A stretch of 64,000 nucleotides of DNA, taken from assembly GCA_003487265.1 (NCBI GenBank), contig DNEP01000001.1:24572-88571 (forward strand). Direction: 5' to 3'. Made by a program: the position numbers and the translations under genes. Below the pieces are notes generated by a model that did not search any database, was not told the DNA's origin, and saw nothing but the letters and a program-made list of their open reading frames with translations. This stretch comes from Minisyncoccota bacterium. GTDB taxonomy: Bacteria; Patescibacteriota; Microgenomatia; UBA1400; UBA12028. Shown piece after piece: positions 38,945-49,657 of the stretch; the first letter of the stretch is position 1, and every line of letters begins with the position of its first letter.

Positions 38945-39583
38945 ATGTCCGACACACCAGATCTAAAAAAACTTCTCTTCTTCATCGAGATTCCCGCGGG
39001 GAGCTCGATCAAGTATGAAATCGACGAAGACACTGGCCTCCTCATGGCCGATCGCTTCCTGCATACCCAGATGACGTATCCCACAAACTACGGATTCATT
39101 ATGGGGACCGAAGGAAAAGACGGCGACCCCGTTGACGCACTTGTGCTGTCCAGCCAACCCGTCGCCCCAGGCGTCGGAATGAAAGGTCACCTTATTGGTG
39201 TGCTCGAAATGGAAGATGAAGAGGGAAGCGACAACAAAATGATCGCGGTCCCCGACAAAAAAGTCGACCCCATTTTTGGCGCGTATGAATCAATTGAAGA
39301 CGTGCCTCAACACATCAAAGACGTCATCAAACACTTTTTTGATCACTACAAAGAACTCGAAAAAGGAAAATTCGTCAAAACACACGAGTTTAAATCCAGA
39401 GAAGATGCCGAAAAAGAAGTCGCTGAATCATTTGTCGAAGGCGATGACGACTCCGAAGACGATTGTTGCTGTGGAGAATACTCTTGCGATTCCTGCAACG
39501 GCGAAAAATCATGTGAACATTGTTGCCAAGAGTGTTGCAAAAACTGCTGTGACGAAAAACACGAACACTCGGCGGGAAAATAA
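38945..39583 (+). CDS. ppa: Inorganic pyrophosphatase (family I) with an unusual C-terminal Cys-rich tail
   Basis: Family I PPase core (YPTNYGFI, GDPVDALVL, KMIAVPDKKVDP). It is followed by an extra tail, DDCCCGEYSCDSCNGEKSCEHCCQECCKNCCDEKHEHSAGK, with 13 Cys and 3 His in 41 aa. Confidence 0.8.
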   Translation: MSDTPDLKKLLFFIEIPAGSSIKYEIDEDTGLLMADRFLHTQMTYPTNYGFIMGTEGKDGDPVDALVLSSQPVAPGVGMKGHLIGVLEMEDEEGSDNKMIAVPDKKVDPIFGAYESIEDVPQHIKDVIKHFFDHYKELEKGKFVKTHEFKSREDAEKEVAESFVEGDDDSEDDCCCGEYSCDSCNGEKSCEHCCQECCKNCCDEKHEHSAGK

Positions 39584-39607
39584 TCAAAACAGTAAAAAAA
39601 GAAACAT

Positions 39608-42430
39608 ATGGCGGACGAAAACACACAACCAGTTGAAGAAATCGAAACGATCATTGAAACCGATCTTGAAAATACAGCGGAATCTGTTGTGGAATCGCCG
39701 TCCGCCAGTTCTGACACCCCAAGTCCAGTCAACCCCGCAACCCCCGTTGCCGCAGTCTCGGCTTTCATATCCAAACTCGTGAACATGAACGACCAGCGCG
39801 ACCCCGTCCAAACGGACTACGGCTTGGTCAAGCCAATGCCGATCGTGCAGGAAATGGAAAAATCCTACCTCGACTACGCGATGAGCGTGATCGTTGCCCG
39901 CGCGCTCCCAGATGTTCGCGATGGATTAAAGCCCGTACATCGCAGAATTCTGTTCGCGATGAAAGGAATGGGGCTTCACTGGAACACCGCCTATAAAAAA
40001 TCAGCGAGAATCGTCGGAGAGGTTTTGGGTAAATATCACCCGCACGGCGATACCGCGGTGTACGACGCGCTCGTTCGTTTAGCGCAAGATTTCAGCATGC
40101 GCTACCAATTGGTTGATGGGCAGGGGAACTTCGGATCGGTTGATGGTGACTCGCCAGCAGCCATGCGTTACACCGAAGCGCGCCTCACAAAAATTTCCGA
40201 GGAACTCCTCGGTGATATCGATAAAAATACCGTCGAGTTCATCGACAACTTTGACGGATCGCAACAAGAACCAACCGTTTTACCAAGCCGACTCCCGAAC
40301 TTGCTCCTCATGGGTGCAGAGGGAATCGCGGTGGGAATGGCAACAAAAATTCCACCACACAACATCACCGAAGTCGCAAATGCCATGATAGCGACGGTGC
40401 AATCATCAGCTGTTGAACTCGATGAAGAAACACTCGCGCTCACAAAAGAACCAACTCCCGATTCCATGCAAACCGCAGATTCGCAAAAACTTGCAGGCAC
40501 ACTGCAAACAAACATCACCATTCCTGAAATCTTGGAGCACATTCAAGGACCAGACTTTCCAACAGGTGGAGAGATGTTTGATTGGGCACAGATTAAAGAA
40601 GCATACGAAACGGGGAAGGGGAGAGTGGTGCTTCGGGCGGTCGCTTCGATCGAGGAAGCAAAATCAGGAAAATTTCAAATCATTATCACAGAACTGCCAT
40701 ATCAAGTTAACAAGTCGCGCCTTGTTGCAAAAATTGCGGATCTCGTTCGCGACAAAGTGCTTGTGGGAATTAGCGATCTGCGCGACGAGTCCGACCGCGA
40801 TGGACTTCGCATTATGATCGAACTCAAAAAAGACGCAAAACCAAAAGCGGTCCTCAACAACCTCTACAAACACACCGAGTTGCAATCCAGTTTCCCAATG
40901 AACATGGTTGCGCTTAATTCCGAAGGCACACCTCAACTCATGAACGTGAAAACTGTTCTTTCAGAATACCTCAAACATCGTCAGCTTGTGGTGATTCGAC
41001 GTTCACAATTTGAACTCAAATCGGCAAAAGATCGCGCGCATATCTTGGAAGGTTTGCTCATTGCCCTTTCAAATCTTGACGCCGTGATCGAAACGATTCG
41101 CAAATCACCAGACAGCGAAATTGCACGACAGCGCTTAATGGAACGCTTCAAACTCAGTGAAATTCAAGCAATCGCGATTCTCGACATGCAACTGCGAAGA
41201 CTTGCCGCGCTTGAGCGTAAAAAAATCGAAGAAGAATACAACCTCATCAAACAAACCATCGACAATCTTGTCACAATTCTTTCACAGCCACTCAAAGTGC
41301 TCGAAATTATCACGCAGGAAACGAAGAATCTCATTGAAGTCTATGGCGATGCTCGAAGAACAAAACTCCACAAAGGAAAAATCGGCGAGTTTAGCGAGGA
41401 AGATTTAATCGCAAACGACCCCATGATCGTCACCATCACCGAAACGGGATACATCAAGCGCATGAATCCCAGCACCTACCGCACACAACACCGCGGAGGC
41501 AAGGGTGTCACAGGAATGACCACAAAAGACGAAGACGCAATCATGAATATTCTGACCGCGAGCGCGCATGATTCCATGCTTATGTTCACAAACAAAGGAC
41601 GTGTGTTCAAGTTGAAGGTGCACGAACTCCCCGAGTCCAGTCGCCAAGCAAAAGGCACGAGCATTGTGAATCTTGTCAACCTTTCACCAGAAGAGCGCAT
41701 TCAATCTATCCTCACCATGGACGATAAAAAGGTTGATGCAACCGCATATATTGCACTCGCCACGCGCAAGGGATTGGTGAAGAAAACACCACTCAAGGAA
41801 TATCAGAACATTCGCACGAACGGCATCATCGCAATCATTTTGAAAGAAGGCGACGAGCTTGTGTGGGGAAAAATCACCAGTGGAACACACGATGTGATGT
41901 TAATTACGCATGATGGAAAATCTATTCGCTTCCCGGAAAGTGAGATCAAATCAACCAAGCGAGACACGCAAGGCGTAACCGCAATCGCACTCAAAAACGA
42001 TGACTATGTGGTTGGCGTTGAAGCAATTCCCACAAAAATCGAACCGTTACTCGACAAACGACGTAAACAATACCTTCATTTGCTTGTGATTACCGAAAAA
42101 GGAATGGGAAAACGCACCGAACTCACCGAGTACCCCGCGCAAAAAAGGGCAGGGCAGGGAGTGAAAGTGAGCGAGTTGTCCGACAAAACCGGCATGATCA
42201 CCAGCGCCGTCGCCGTTGATCAAACCATCGATGAAGTCATGCTTACCACAAAAGACGCACAGGTGATTAAACTTCCGTTGAAAAATATTCCTGTCTTGAA
42301 GCGACCAACACAGGGTGTGATTCTCATGCGATTCTCTTCAAAAGGAGATAAAGTTGTCGCAGTTGCGTTAACAAAGAAACCGTTAGATGATGATGAAGAA
42401 TCAGAATTCGATAGCGAAAAGAAAGAATAA
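39608..42430 (+). CDS. gyrA: DNA gyrase subunit A
   Basis: [32 protein letters not shown], the active-site Tyr region [10 protein letters not shown], and C-terminal beta-pinwheel repeats. About 60-75 aa of N-terminal extension, so the true start may be the internal Met at 39785. An insertion of about 35 aa lies before GPDFPTGG. Confidence 0.95.
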   Translation: MADENTQPVEEIETIIETDLENTAESVVESPSASSDTPSPVNPATPVAAVSAFISKLVNMNDQRDPVQTDYGLVKPMPIVQEMEKSYLDYAMSVIVARALPDVRDGLKPVHRRILFAMKGMGLHWNTAYKKSARIVGEVLGKYHPHGDTAVYDALVRLAQDFSMRYQLVDGQGNFGSVDGDSPAAMRYTEARLTKISEELLGDIDKNTVEFIDNFDGSQQEPTVLPSRLPNLLLMGAEGIAVGMATKIPPHNITEVANAMIATVQSSAVELDEETLALTKEPTPDSMQTADSQKLAGTLQTNITIPEILEHIQGPDFPTGGEMFDWAQIKEAYETGKGRVVLRAVASIEEAKSGKFQIIITELPYQVNKSRLVAKIADLVRDKVLVGISDLRDESDRDGLRIMIELKKDAKPKAVLNNLYKHTELQSSFPMNMVALNSEGTPQLMNVKTVLSEYLKHRQLVVIRRSQFELKSAKDRAHILEGLLIALSNLDAVIETIRKSPDSEIARQRLMERFKLSEIQAIAILDMQLRRLAALERKKIEEEYNLIKQTIDNLVTILSQPLKVLEIITQETKNLIEVYGDARRTKLHKGKIGEFSEEDLIANDPMIVTITETGYIKRMNPSTYRTQHRGGKGVTGMTTKDEDAIMNILTASAHDSMLMFTNKGRVFKLKVHELPESSRQAKGTSIVNLVNLSPEERIQSILTMDDKKVDATAYIALATRKGLVKKTPLKEYQNIRTNGIIAIILKEGDELVWGKITSGTHDVMLITHDGKSIRFPESEIKSTKRDTQGVTAIALKNDDYVVGVEAIPTKIEPLLDKRRKQYLHLLVITEKGMGKRTELTEYPAQKRAGQGVKVSELSDKTGMITSAVAVDQTIDEVMLTTKDAQVIKLPLKNIPVLKRPTQGVILMRFSSKGDKVVAVALTKKPLDDDEESEFDSEKKE

Positions 42431-42439
42431 AGGAGGCCG

Positions 42440-43210
42440 ATGACCTGTTTTCCAAACCCAATCTCAAAGCTACTTGGTGCGGGACTCACCGTTGCGGTGT
42501 GCACCGGCGCGTTCTTTCTCGTCGCGCGCTCACTTGGTCCCATTCCCGTGTATATGAATCAGATCACCACAAATAAATATGGCACATTTGATGTGACGGG
42601 AACCTCAAGTGTGACCACCACCCCCGACAAAGCATCGTTTAGCGTCGGCGTTTCGTTCAACGAATCAACCGCAAAATCCGCGCAGGAAAAAGCGGATAAG
42701 GCGATAGCCTCAATCACAAAGGAATATCTCGATATGGGAATTGAAAAAAAAGACATTAAAACGATCAACTATTCCTTGTATCCCAACTATGATTATAGTA
42801 ATGGATCGCGAGCAACAAATGGGTATTCCGTAAACGCGACACTCCAAGTCAGCGTCACCGACTTTGCTCTTTTGAACACCGCGATCGACAAGGCGACCGC
42901 AATTGGCGCGAATCAGATCAATGCGGTCCAGTTTTCTCTTAGCGACACCAAACGGAAAGAAGTCGAGAAGGAAGCGCGCGAGTTGGCTGTTGCCGATGCA
43001 AAAGACCGCGCGGAATCTTTAGCGGGGACTGCGGGAATTCGACTAGGGAAAGTGATGAACATTATTGAAACAAACTTAAGCTTTCCACGCCCCATGTACG
43101 AGATGGCAAAAGTGATGACCGCTTCCGAAGACAGTAGTGTCCAAACGCAGGTTGAACCAGGCACAACAACCGTGAACATGAGCATTATGTTGAGTTATGA
43201 GACAAAATAG
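42440..43210 (+). CDS. SIMPL/DUF541-family periplasmic protein
   Basis: N-terminal TM anchor then the SIMPL pattern (GTFDVTGTSSVTTTPDKASFSVGV...INYSLYPNYDY...YSVNATLQVSV...AIGANQINAVQFSL...AKDRAESLAG). Confidence 0.7.
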   Translation: MTCFPNPISKLLGAGLTVAVCTGAFFLVARSLGPIPVYMNQITTNKYGTFDVTGTSSVTTTPDKASFSVGVSFNESTAKSAQEKADKAIASITKEYLDMGIEKKDIKTINYSLYPNYDYSNGSRATNGYSVNATLQVSVTDFALLNTAIDKATAIGANQINAVQFSLSDTKRKEVEKEARELAVADAKDRAESLAGTAGIRLGKVMNIIETNLSFPRPMYEMAKVMTASEDSSVQTQVEPGTTTVNMSIMLSYETK

Positions 43211-43298
43211 AAGTGTTAATACTCTTATCACACTACGAACAGCAATTGAGACAAGACTCTACGAGCTTCAGCATCCATTGGAATAAATCTCTTTCTCC

Positions 43299-44231
43299 TC
43301 ATCCCTCCGAATGAAACTTCTTGTGCGCCTCGCGTAGTTGCCCCTGCGTCACATGCGTGTAGATCTGCGTTGTGGCGATGTTCTTGTGCCCAAGCATCTC
43401 CTGCACATCGCGCAAGTTCGCTCCGTTGACCAACAAGTCGGTCGCAAAAGAATGTCGCAATCCGTGAGGTGAGATCTTAATCGGCAGATGCGCGCGTCGA
43501 CAGTACAGGTCAACTATTCGCTGGACCGACCGCACCGTCAACCGCATCTTCTTTCCATCTTCGGTAATCCCAGGCTTGGTCCCCGAATATCGAATAAACA
43601 ACGGCTTCCAATCATCCGTTCGCGTCGCCAAATACTCCTTAATCCAGTCTGCCGATCGCTCACTCAAAAAAACCACGCGGTGCTTCCGACCTTTTCCAAT
43701 AACCCCAAACTCGCGACGCTCGAGATCAATCGTGTCGCGATCCAACGCCACCAACTCGCTCACGCGCAAACCCGTGCTAAACAGCACTTCTAATAGCACG
43801 CGATCCCGCAACCCTCGCGGAGAGTGCAAATCCGGCTTATCCATCAGTCGCTTAACTTGTTCATAGCGCAAGAACTTCATCGACCGAGATTCGGCCTTCG
43901 GCAACTCAATCTTCTCTGGTGAGAGCACTTGTATATCTCGTTTTGTGAGCCATTTAAACATCGAGCGCAACGCAATGACGTGATACGACTGCGTCGTTTT
44001 TGAAAGAACAGTTCCATGCACGTCCACGAACTCCGAAAGGTACACGCGGTACTTTCGAATATCATCCAAGGTAATTTTTTCAAGTGTTTGGATTTTTTGC
44101 GACTCACACCAATCGGCGAAGCGATGAAGGTAATGTTCATAATCCCGAATTGTGAGCTTGCTCAGGTTGCGCTCGACGTCGGCGTACTCAAGATATCCTA
44201 AAAGAGCCTCGTTTGGGCGGGAAAGATTCAT
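43299..44231 (-). CDS. xerD: Tyrosine site-specific recombinase (XerC/XerD family)
   Basis: N-terminal SAM-like domain and a C-terminal catalytic domain with R...HGLRHSFAT...LGHKNIATTQIYTHV, giving the R-H-R-Y tetrad. Confidence 0.8.
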   Translation of the reverse strand: MNLSRPNEALLGYLEYADVERNLSKLTIRDYEHYLHRFADWCESQKIQTLEKITLDDIRKYRVYLSEFVDVHGTVLSKTTQSYHVIALRSMFKWLTKRDIQVLSPEKIELPKAESRSMKFLRYEQVKRLMDKPDLHSPRGLRDRVLLEVLFSTGLRVSELVALDRDTIDLERREFGVIGKGRKHRVVFLSERSADWIKEYLATRTDDWKPLFIRYSGTKPGITEDGKKMRLTVRSVQRIVDLYCRRAHLPIKISPHGLRHSFATDLLVNGANLRDVQEMLGHKNIATTQIYTHVTQGQLREAHKKFHSEG

Positions 44232-44451
44232 CGCATTCCACCTCGATATAGTATTATTTCTGTATTGTTATAGGTTGTTGGCAACCGATGCGTTTTCCTG
44301 CTAAATGACTCAAGAGTAGGGAAGGGTTGATATATCCGTTCTTTTTGAGGTTGTGCCTTTTCGGCATTTATTCGCATGTTTTGTCGATTTTTTGGTGATT
44401 TTTACTCAAAATACTGTATTTAGTATGCAACATAGTCGGGAAGTTGTCAAC

Positions 44452-44493
44452 ATTGTGCGACATAGTGAGGAGTAGCTCATTATTGTGCGACAT
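44452..44493 (+). repeat. Two direct copies of the motif ATTGTGCGACAT(G), 30 nt apart, inside a 1.17-kb ORF-free region. A third, slightly divergent copy (ATTGTGCGACGTG) lies at 45051-45063 within a short inverted repeat (GTCGCA-N13-TGCGAC).
   Basis: Exact 12-mer at 44452-44463 and 44482-44493. Related copy at 45051-45063. Confidence 0.5.
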
Positions 44494-45402
44494 GAGAGTT
44501 GTTTTTGGATTCTGCCGCGAGCAACGAAAATCAACTAAGTTAGCTACAGCCCACGCAAAATATTTTTCTATTGCGATAGAAGCTTCTACTATCTTTCACA
44601 CAATCGATACCTATTTCAGTTTTGCGAGCGAGAACGAGGCTTTCGCGTACCTGTTTTAGCAAGCGTTCCATATATGAGCGGCTTCAACAATATATTGATA
44701 CATCAATCTCTTTTTACAACACCCCACCTCTGAACGACCGCGTAGAATGCCCAATTTCGGCTTTTTCTCGATCTGAACGTGCAATGTATCGTCGCAATTG
44801 TGGGCAAATCATCTGGAAACCTCACAAATCCATCAGTACCACACAAAAAATCGACGATATAAAAAAGAAGGCATAATCTCTTCGGGTGAGTTTCGGTTTT
44901 TCAAAAACAGGGCATCAGAAACAATAGGGAGCATCAATGACATGCCAAATAGGAGATTGGAATCGGGAGGAATTTAGAAGCAAAATGAAAAAATAAAAAT
45001 GAATTCATAAGCACTCCCCCGAACCCCATCTTTAGTGTCGCAAAAGTATTATTGTGCGACGTGGCAGAGATAGCATTTTATATCTCAATTTCCAAAAGAG
45101 AGTGCACTCTCTTTATTCCTCACAAACAGAAAATAAATTCCACTCGCTCCTCTCGGTAACCAATCCCGCATTCCAAGCCAAACTCCGTTCTCCGTCTACG
45201 CCACTCACGCAGGACACATACACCGAGCTTCGGGTATTTTTCTCCGCAGTTCACCAGACGTGGTATCTGGATCTTGAAGTTTTCCACATTCTTGAATCTG
45301 TTGTTTTCAATTCGTGAAAAGTCCTATAACTATTTTCACGAAAGGATACTAACTATATCACTTCCTCTGCAATACAGGATGCCTCCAAAAGCTCCACCTC
45401 CC

Positions 45403-46170
45403 CTACTTCCACATGGCGAACGAAAAATATGCGATCAATGAAATAAAAAACACCACCAGATATTCCCACACCGTATTCTTGAACATTTTTCCCTGCATTG
45501 TTGTTGTTTCAACTCCGAGAACGACATAGCTTGCCGACATGGTAAGCAACGATTGCGACCAAATCGAAGAAGGCAAAAACGACATCAACAACGCAATCTG
45601 TGCCAAGACAAGTCCATACACCGTCATCCGGCGGTACAGTTCAGCAGACAACGTACGACTTAACTCCATCGGCCATAACGCGAACAATCCCAAGATCTCT
45701 CCCAAAAGAAAAAACAGCACCCCATTAACCAACCAGTTCATGTTTTGTGAAAAGATCGTGTTTGAAAACAAGAAACAAACGAATAGGATTATAAACATGT
45801 TCACCGACTGCCCCGCGCGTAACAACTGGATTCCCCTCGCCTTCGCCACACTAAAAATATTTTCCATCAATAAAATCGCGTACATTCCCACTCCGAAAAA
45901 CACCAAAATTGCAACTTTCGTCCAGATATGTTCAGGGAGTAAATAATAGAAAACCGCCACCGCCAGCGCATAGACCGACGGCATCGGCACGATGGTAAGC
46001 CACTCAATCCCATTCAGATCCTCAAAGAGCGCCCAAGCCGTCACCGCGTAGGTAACCAACAAGAAAAACCCAATACCAAGTAACCGAAAGTCCAACGGAA
46101 TGTACTGTAACCCAAACAGCCCAAACGAAAGAAAAACCGCGCTTAAAAAGAATTTTTCACGTCTACGCAT
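45403..46170 (-). CDS. Polytopic integral membrane protein (255 aa, about 8 TM helices), function unknown
   Basis: Strongly hydrophobic ORF with multiple predicted helices. Confidence 0.45.
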   Translation of the reverse strand: MRRREKFFLSAVFLSFGLFGLQYIPLDFRLLGIGFFLLVTYAVTAWALFEDLNGIEWLTIVPMPSVYALAVAVFYYLLPEHIWTKVAILVFFGVGMYAILLMENIFSVAKARGIQLLRAGQSVNMFIILFVCFLFSNTIFSQNMNWLVNGVLFFLLGEILGLFALWPMELSRTLSAELYRRMTVYGLVLAQIALLMSFLPSSIWSQSLLTMSASYVVLGVETTTMQGKMFKNTVWEYLVVFFISLIAYFSFAMWK

Positions 46171-46189
46171 GCAGATATCCTTTCATGAC

Positions 46190-46756
46190 TCACTCCGTTG
46201 TTGTCAGTGCATCTTGAGGCATGTTCATGTACACCGCCTCCACATCGTCGTGTTCCTCAAACGCATCGAATAATTCCATCACTTGCGTTTTTTGCTCTTC
46301 ATCTTCAAGTTCAAGTGGAATTGTTGAAACATACTCATCGCCCGATCGCGCAAACAAGTACATCGCCGACCCAGGTCCTCCCAATGAACCACCCGCCTTG
46401 TCGAAAAGGTGGCGAATCTCCGCGCCGGTGCGCATTTTGTTGTCGGTCCGCACAATCACCAAAAATCCAACGCCGTGTGGACCGTATCCTTCATACGTCA
46501 CCTCTTCGAGTTGACCACCGTCACCCACACCTTGACCACGCTTAATCGCACGCTGAATATTTTCATTTGGCATGTTTGCCTGTCGCGCTTTATCAACCGC
46601 AATACGCAATGAAGGATTCATGTTCGGATCACCATTTCCAGATGCGCGCACCGCAATCATGATATTTTTTGTAAGCTGCGTGAAAATCTTGGCACGTTTT
46701 TTGTCCTCAATTGACTTTTTAACGTGAATATTCGCCCATTTTGAATGTCCAGACAT
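46190..46756 (-). CDS. yebC: YebC/PmpR-family transcriptional regulatory protein
   Basis: MSGHSKWANIHVKKSIEDKKRAKIFTQLTKNIMIAVRASGNGDPNMNPSLRIAVDKARQANMPNENIQRAIKRG matches the YebC N-terminus. The C-terminal part is shorter than usual. Confidence 0.75.
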   Translation of the reverse strand: MSGHSKWANIHVKKSIEDKKRAKIFTQLTKNIMIAVRASGNGDPNMNPSLRIAVDKARQANMPNENIQRAIKRGQGVGDGGQLEEVTYEGYGPHGVGFLVIVRTDNKMRTGAEIRHLFDKAGGSLGGPGSAMYLFARSGDEYVSTIPLELEDEEQKTQVMELFDAFEEHDDVEAVYMNMPQDALTTTE

Positions 46757-46859
46757 ATTCCTCCTTACAAACAATCATAAAAAGACTTGAGAGCGAACTA
46801 GGTATGTTTGTATCGCTATGATACACCAGACTACTCGCTCAGGCGAGCCCAAATAACGC

Positions 46860-47831
46860 TTGAATCGTAAAGTTTTTCGTGTAATATCAGACTATCCTGC
46901 CAGAAATGGAGTTTATATGAGCAAATATGAAGCGTATCGTGCAAATCATCCAGAACTCATTGCAAAGGGGCGTGGAATTGTTGGTCAGGAAAAAGAATCC
47001 CGACAAGAGACCTCTCCTCGAGAATTCACAAGAAAAGCAGTTCGAGAAGGGATTGATCTTTTGAATCACATCTTTGAAGCGCAAAAACTCCGTCGAGTGT
47101 TATTGACAATCTACAATCACTGGTTTGAGTCAAGAATTGGACAAAAAGAGGCGCTCCTTCAAAGAAATGCGAAGATTACGGATGTTGTTATTGATTTATA
47201 TATTGAATATAACGACTATATGCAAAAAAACCCAAGACTAGAAATCGTTCCAGCTATGGAACAAATGTGGATTGTCCATCATCTTTTGTTTCAACTCTTT
47301 GGAATACCGTTCGAAGAACAATTACAGCTCACTTCTCAAACTGCTGATGCCATCATCGAATACATGGGAACAACTGACTCAGTAACACCCGAATCATTGG
47401 AAGAAGAACGAGATATGTTGGCACAACTCAATCGAGTATATACGACATTTTCCAAAGAATATTCAAATCTGCGTTACTTCATTGCGCATGCGCGCCTCAG
47501 CAGTACTCCAGAGAGTAGTATGAGGGAAATCTTCCACGATTTTCTCAATCGTGCATACGGTTTTGATTTACAAGAAATGGAGCTTGCTCAACAAAGAAAT
47601 GAAGGAATGGATGCTCTAACTCTGGTGATCGCAACAAAATCGGGTGTTATTCAACTTCCATTCTTAGATTTTTTTGGGGAAAAGCTCACAATCGATGAAC
47701 AGCAAATTCTCGAACAAGTCATCGATGAATATATCCAATCAAGAAGACCTGATCTTTCTCCAGAAAAGACGCCGAAAGCCGAAGACATTTTGAAAATGGG
47801 TAGTTTAGAAATTATGAATCTCCATTTGTAA
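46860..47831 (+). CDS. Hypothetical protein (323 aa)
   Basis: ORF only. No motif recognised. An alternative start lies at the Met at 46917. Confidence 0.35.
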   Translation: MNRKVFRVISDYPARNGVYMSKYEAYRANHPELIAKGRGIVGQEKESRQETSPREFTRKAVREGIDLLNHIFEAQKLRRVLLTIYNHWFESRIGQKEALLQRNAKITDVVIDLYIEYNDYMQKNPRLEIVPAMEQMWIVHHLLFQLFGIPFEEQLQLTSQTADAIIEYMGTTDSVTPESLEEERDMLAQLNRVYTTFSKEYSNLRYFIAHARLSSTPESSMREIFHDFLNRAYGFDLQEMELAQQRNEGMDALTLVIATKSGVIQLPFLDFFGEKLTIDEQQILEQVIDEYIQSRRPDLSPEKTPKAEDILKMGSLEIMNLHL

Positions 47832-47900
47832 TCAATCTTCTCCTCTCCCCCAATCCCCGTTCTTGACACGACCCTATTTTCTGCTACTCTTGAAGAATTC

Positions 47901-48635
47901 ATGAATACACTCACTTCTCTCGAATCTCAAGCCATTCGGTTTGCATCAAAACAAGAATGGGATAGCGCAATCCAAACAAATCTTCAGATCTTGGATCAAG
48001 ATCCAGAAAATCTGTCCGGATTAAAACGACTCGGCTATTGTTACCTTCACAAGGGTGAACAAAAACGCGCATGTGAGGTCTATACAAAAATCCTTGAACT
48101 TGATCCGTACTGCTCAATTGCAAAAAAATATCTGGAGCTCGCAAAATCAAAACACACCATCGCGGGGTGCGTTTCATTTGATTCTGAACAGTTCATCGAG
48201 GAACCAGGGAAAACAAAAACCGCCACCCTCGCTCGACTCGCCGATGCCTCTACGTTACAGCACATTCCAATCGGTATTCCATGTACCTTAACAGTGAAAT
48301 CACATTGGATCAGCGTCATCACAAATGCTGGCGAGTACCTCGGTGCACTTCCCGAAGATCTTTCGCATATTCTTACAAAACTTATTCAAGGTGGAAACAC
48401 CTACTCTGTGATTGTGAAATCGGTAAGCAAAGCGCACTGCACCGTGTTTATTAAAGAGCTCACACGATCCTCAACATACCAACACACCCCCTCCTTCCCT
48501 TCACTCACCTATTCCAGCGGACCACAGCTCCACGAAAAATATCTCATCGATGATCTCGATGATGAATCGGGTGATTCTTCTGATGAAACAGATCAGACAG
48601 ATGAAACTCCCGAAGACAACGACTCAGATCGATAA
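47901..48635 (+). CDS. TPR-like repeat protein with an acidic C-terminal tail
   Basis: N-terminal helical repeats (LKRLGYCYLHKGEQKRACEVYTKILELDPY) and a C-terminal DDLDDESGDSSDETDQTDETPEDNDSD tail. Confidence 0.4.
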   Translation: MNTLTSLESQAIRFASKQEWDSAIQTNLQILDQDPENLSGLKRLGYCYLHKGEQKRACEVYTKILELDPYCSIAKKYLELAKSKHTIAGCVSFDSEQFIEEPGKTKTATLARLADASTLQHIPIGIPCTLTVKSHWISVITNAGEYLGALPEDLSHILTKLIQGGNTYSVIVKSVSKAHCTVFIKELTRSSTYQHTPSFPSLTYSSGPQLHEKYLIDDLDDESGDSSDETDQTDETPEDNDSDR

Positions 48636-48649
48636 TCCAGAGTACATCC

Positions 48650-49657
48650 TCAATCGGAAATAAATATCACGATATCGGCTCTCCATTTCCTCGCTTCGTT
48701 TTCATCAACTCGCAATTGTGCTTGAGGAAACATGCGCGTGATCATGCGGGAAACAACGGCGGTCGTTTGTGATTTGGACGAAACAACAATTTCTGGTTTT
48801 TCCAACTGTGTTGGTGTTTGCGTAATTTGAATCACATCAACCCCCATGTTCATCAGCGCACGAGCGATTTTTGTCGCCTGCCCCTGTTTTCCCGAAGCAT
48901 TGACAACACTCACCATTAACCCTTCTTTACGCAGGTTTACATCTGCAAGTACGTCAAGTGCGAATGGATCAAATCGAGATGGATTCACACGAAATGCGCC
49001 ATCATCCCCTTTGACAAAAAATTGTGAGGAAACGCCGTCCACAATTGAAACTTGATCCTTCCGCAATGATTTCACGAACGACAACAGTTCATATCTCTCA
49101 CGTTGCAAAAAATTCCACTTCTCCACCACTTCAATAATTTCTCGTTGTGATGTTGGAAGCGCGTCTCCACGAATAACCGCACGCACATCAACACCCAACC
49201 CATTTCGTACAACTTCAAGCGGAAACGTGTCAGGAAGGTTTTCCATCTCGCGTAGCCCTAACAAGCTCGAAGCGGGAACCTCTCCATATCCCCGCAAAGT
49301 ATCAACAAGTAATGCATCGGGTAATGCAACGATTGTAACCGCCGATTTTGACCGATCTATCGTAAAAATGGCCAATGTCCGCTTTGGTAAACGGTCAGGA
49401 CGTTCTTCGGCAAATAAAAATGAGATCGAACTACTCTCGCTCCACAACTTTGGATGTGAAAAAAATACCCATCCCACGACTACTCCAATACCTATCACAA
49501 CAAGTGAAACGAAAAACACAACAAGTCGTACAAAACGACGCGATTTTTTTTCTTCAATATTCTGCTCTTCGAATCGAATACTCCTTGGTGCTTTTGCAAG
49601 CGCACCGGTTCGTAAACTTGAAAAACGAGCAGAACGGGCAGATCGAATGAAGCTCAT
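48650..49657 (-). CDS. LytR_C-domain cell-envelope protein (LCP-like)
   Basis: N-terminal TM anchor. The C-terminal segment GLMVSVVNASGKQGQATKIARALMNMGVDVIQI resembles the LytR_C domain. 4-nt overlap with the tgt stop. Confidence 0.4.
   Translation of the reverse strand: MSFIRSARSARFSSLRTGALAKAPRSIRFEEQNIEEKKSRRFVRLVVFFVSLVVIGIGVVVGWVFFSHPKLWSESSSISFLFAEERPDRLPKRTLAIFTIDRSKSAVTIVALPDALLVDTLRGYGEVPASSLLGLREMENLPDTFPLEVVRNGLGVDVRAVIRGDALPTSQREIIEVVEKWNFLQRERYELLSFVKSLRKDQVSIVDGVSSQFFVKGDDGAFRVNPSRFDPFALDVLADVNLRKEGLMVSVVNASGKQGQATKIARALMNMGVDVIQITQTPTQLEKPEIVVSSKSQTTAVVSRMITRMFPQAQLRVDENEARKWRADIVIFISD

Noticed and set aside
44232-45402. oriC (DnaA-box cluster) or tmRNA/RNase P RNA in the 1.17-kb non-coding region
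   Set aside because: I found no TTATCCACA-like DnaA boxes. I found none of the RNase P signatures (GGAAAGUCCGGGCUCC), tmRNA signatures (5' GGGG...UUCGAC, tag ORF ending GCUGCUUAA) or SRP signatures (GUCAGGUCCGGAAGGAAGCAGC) on either strand. The region is kept as an open finding rather than a called feature.
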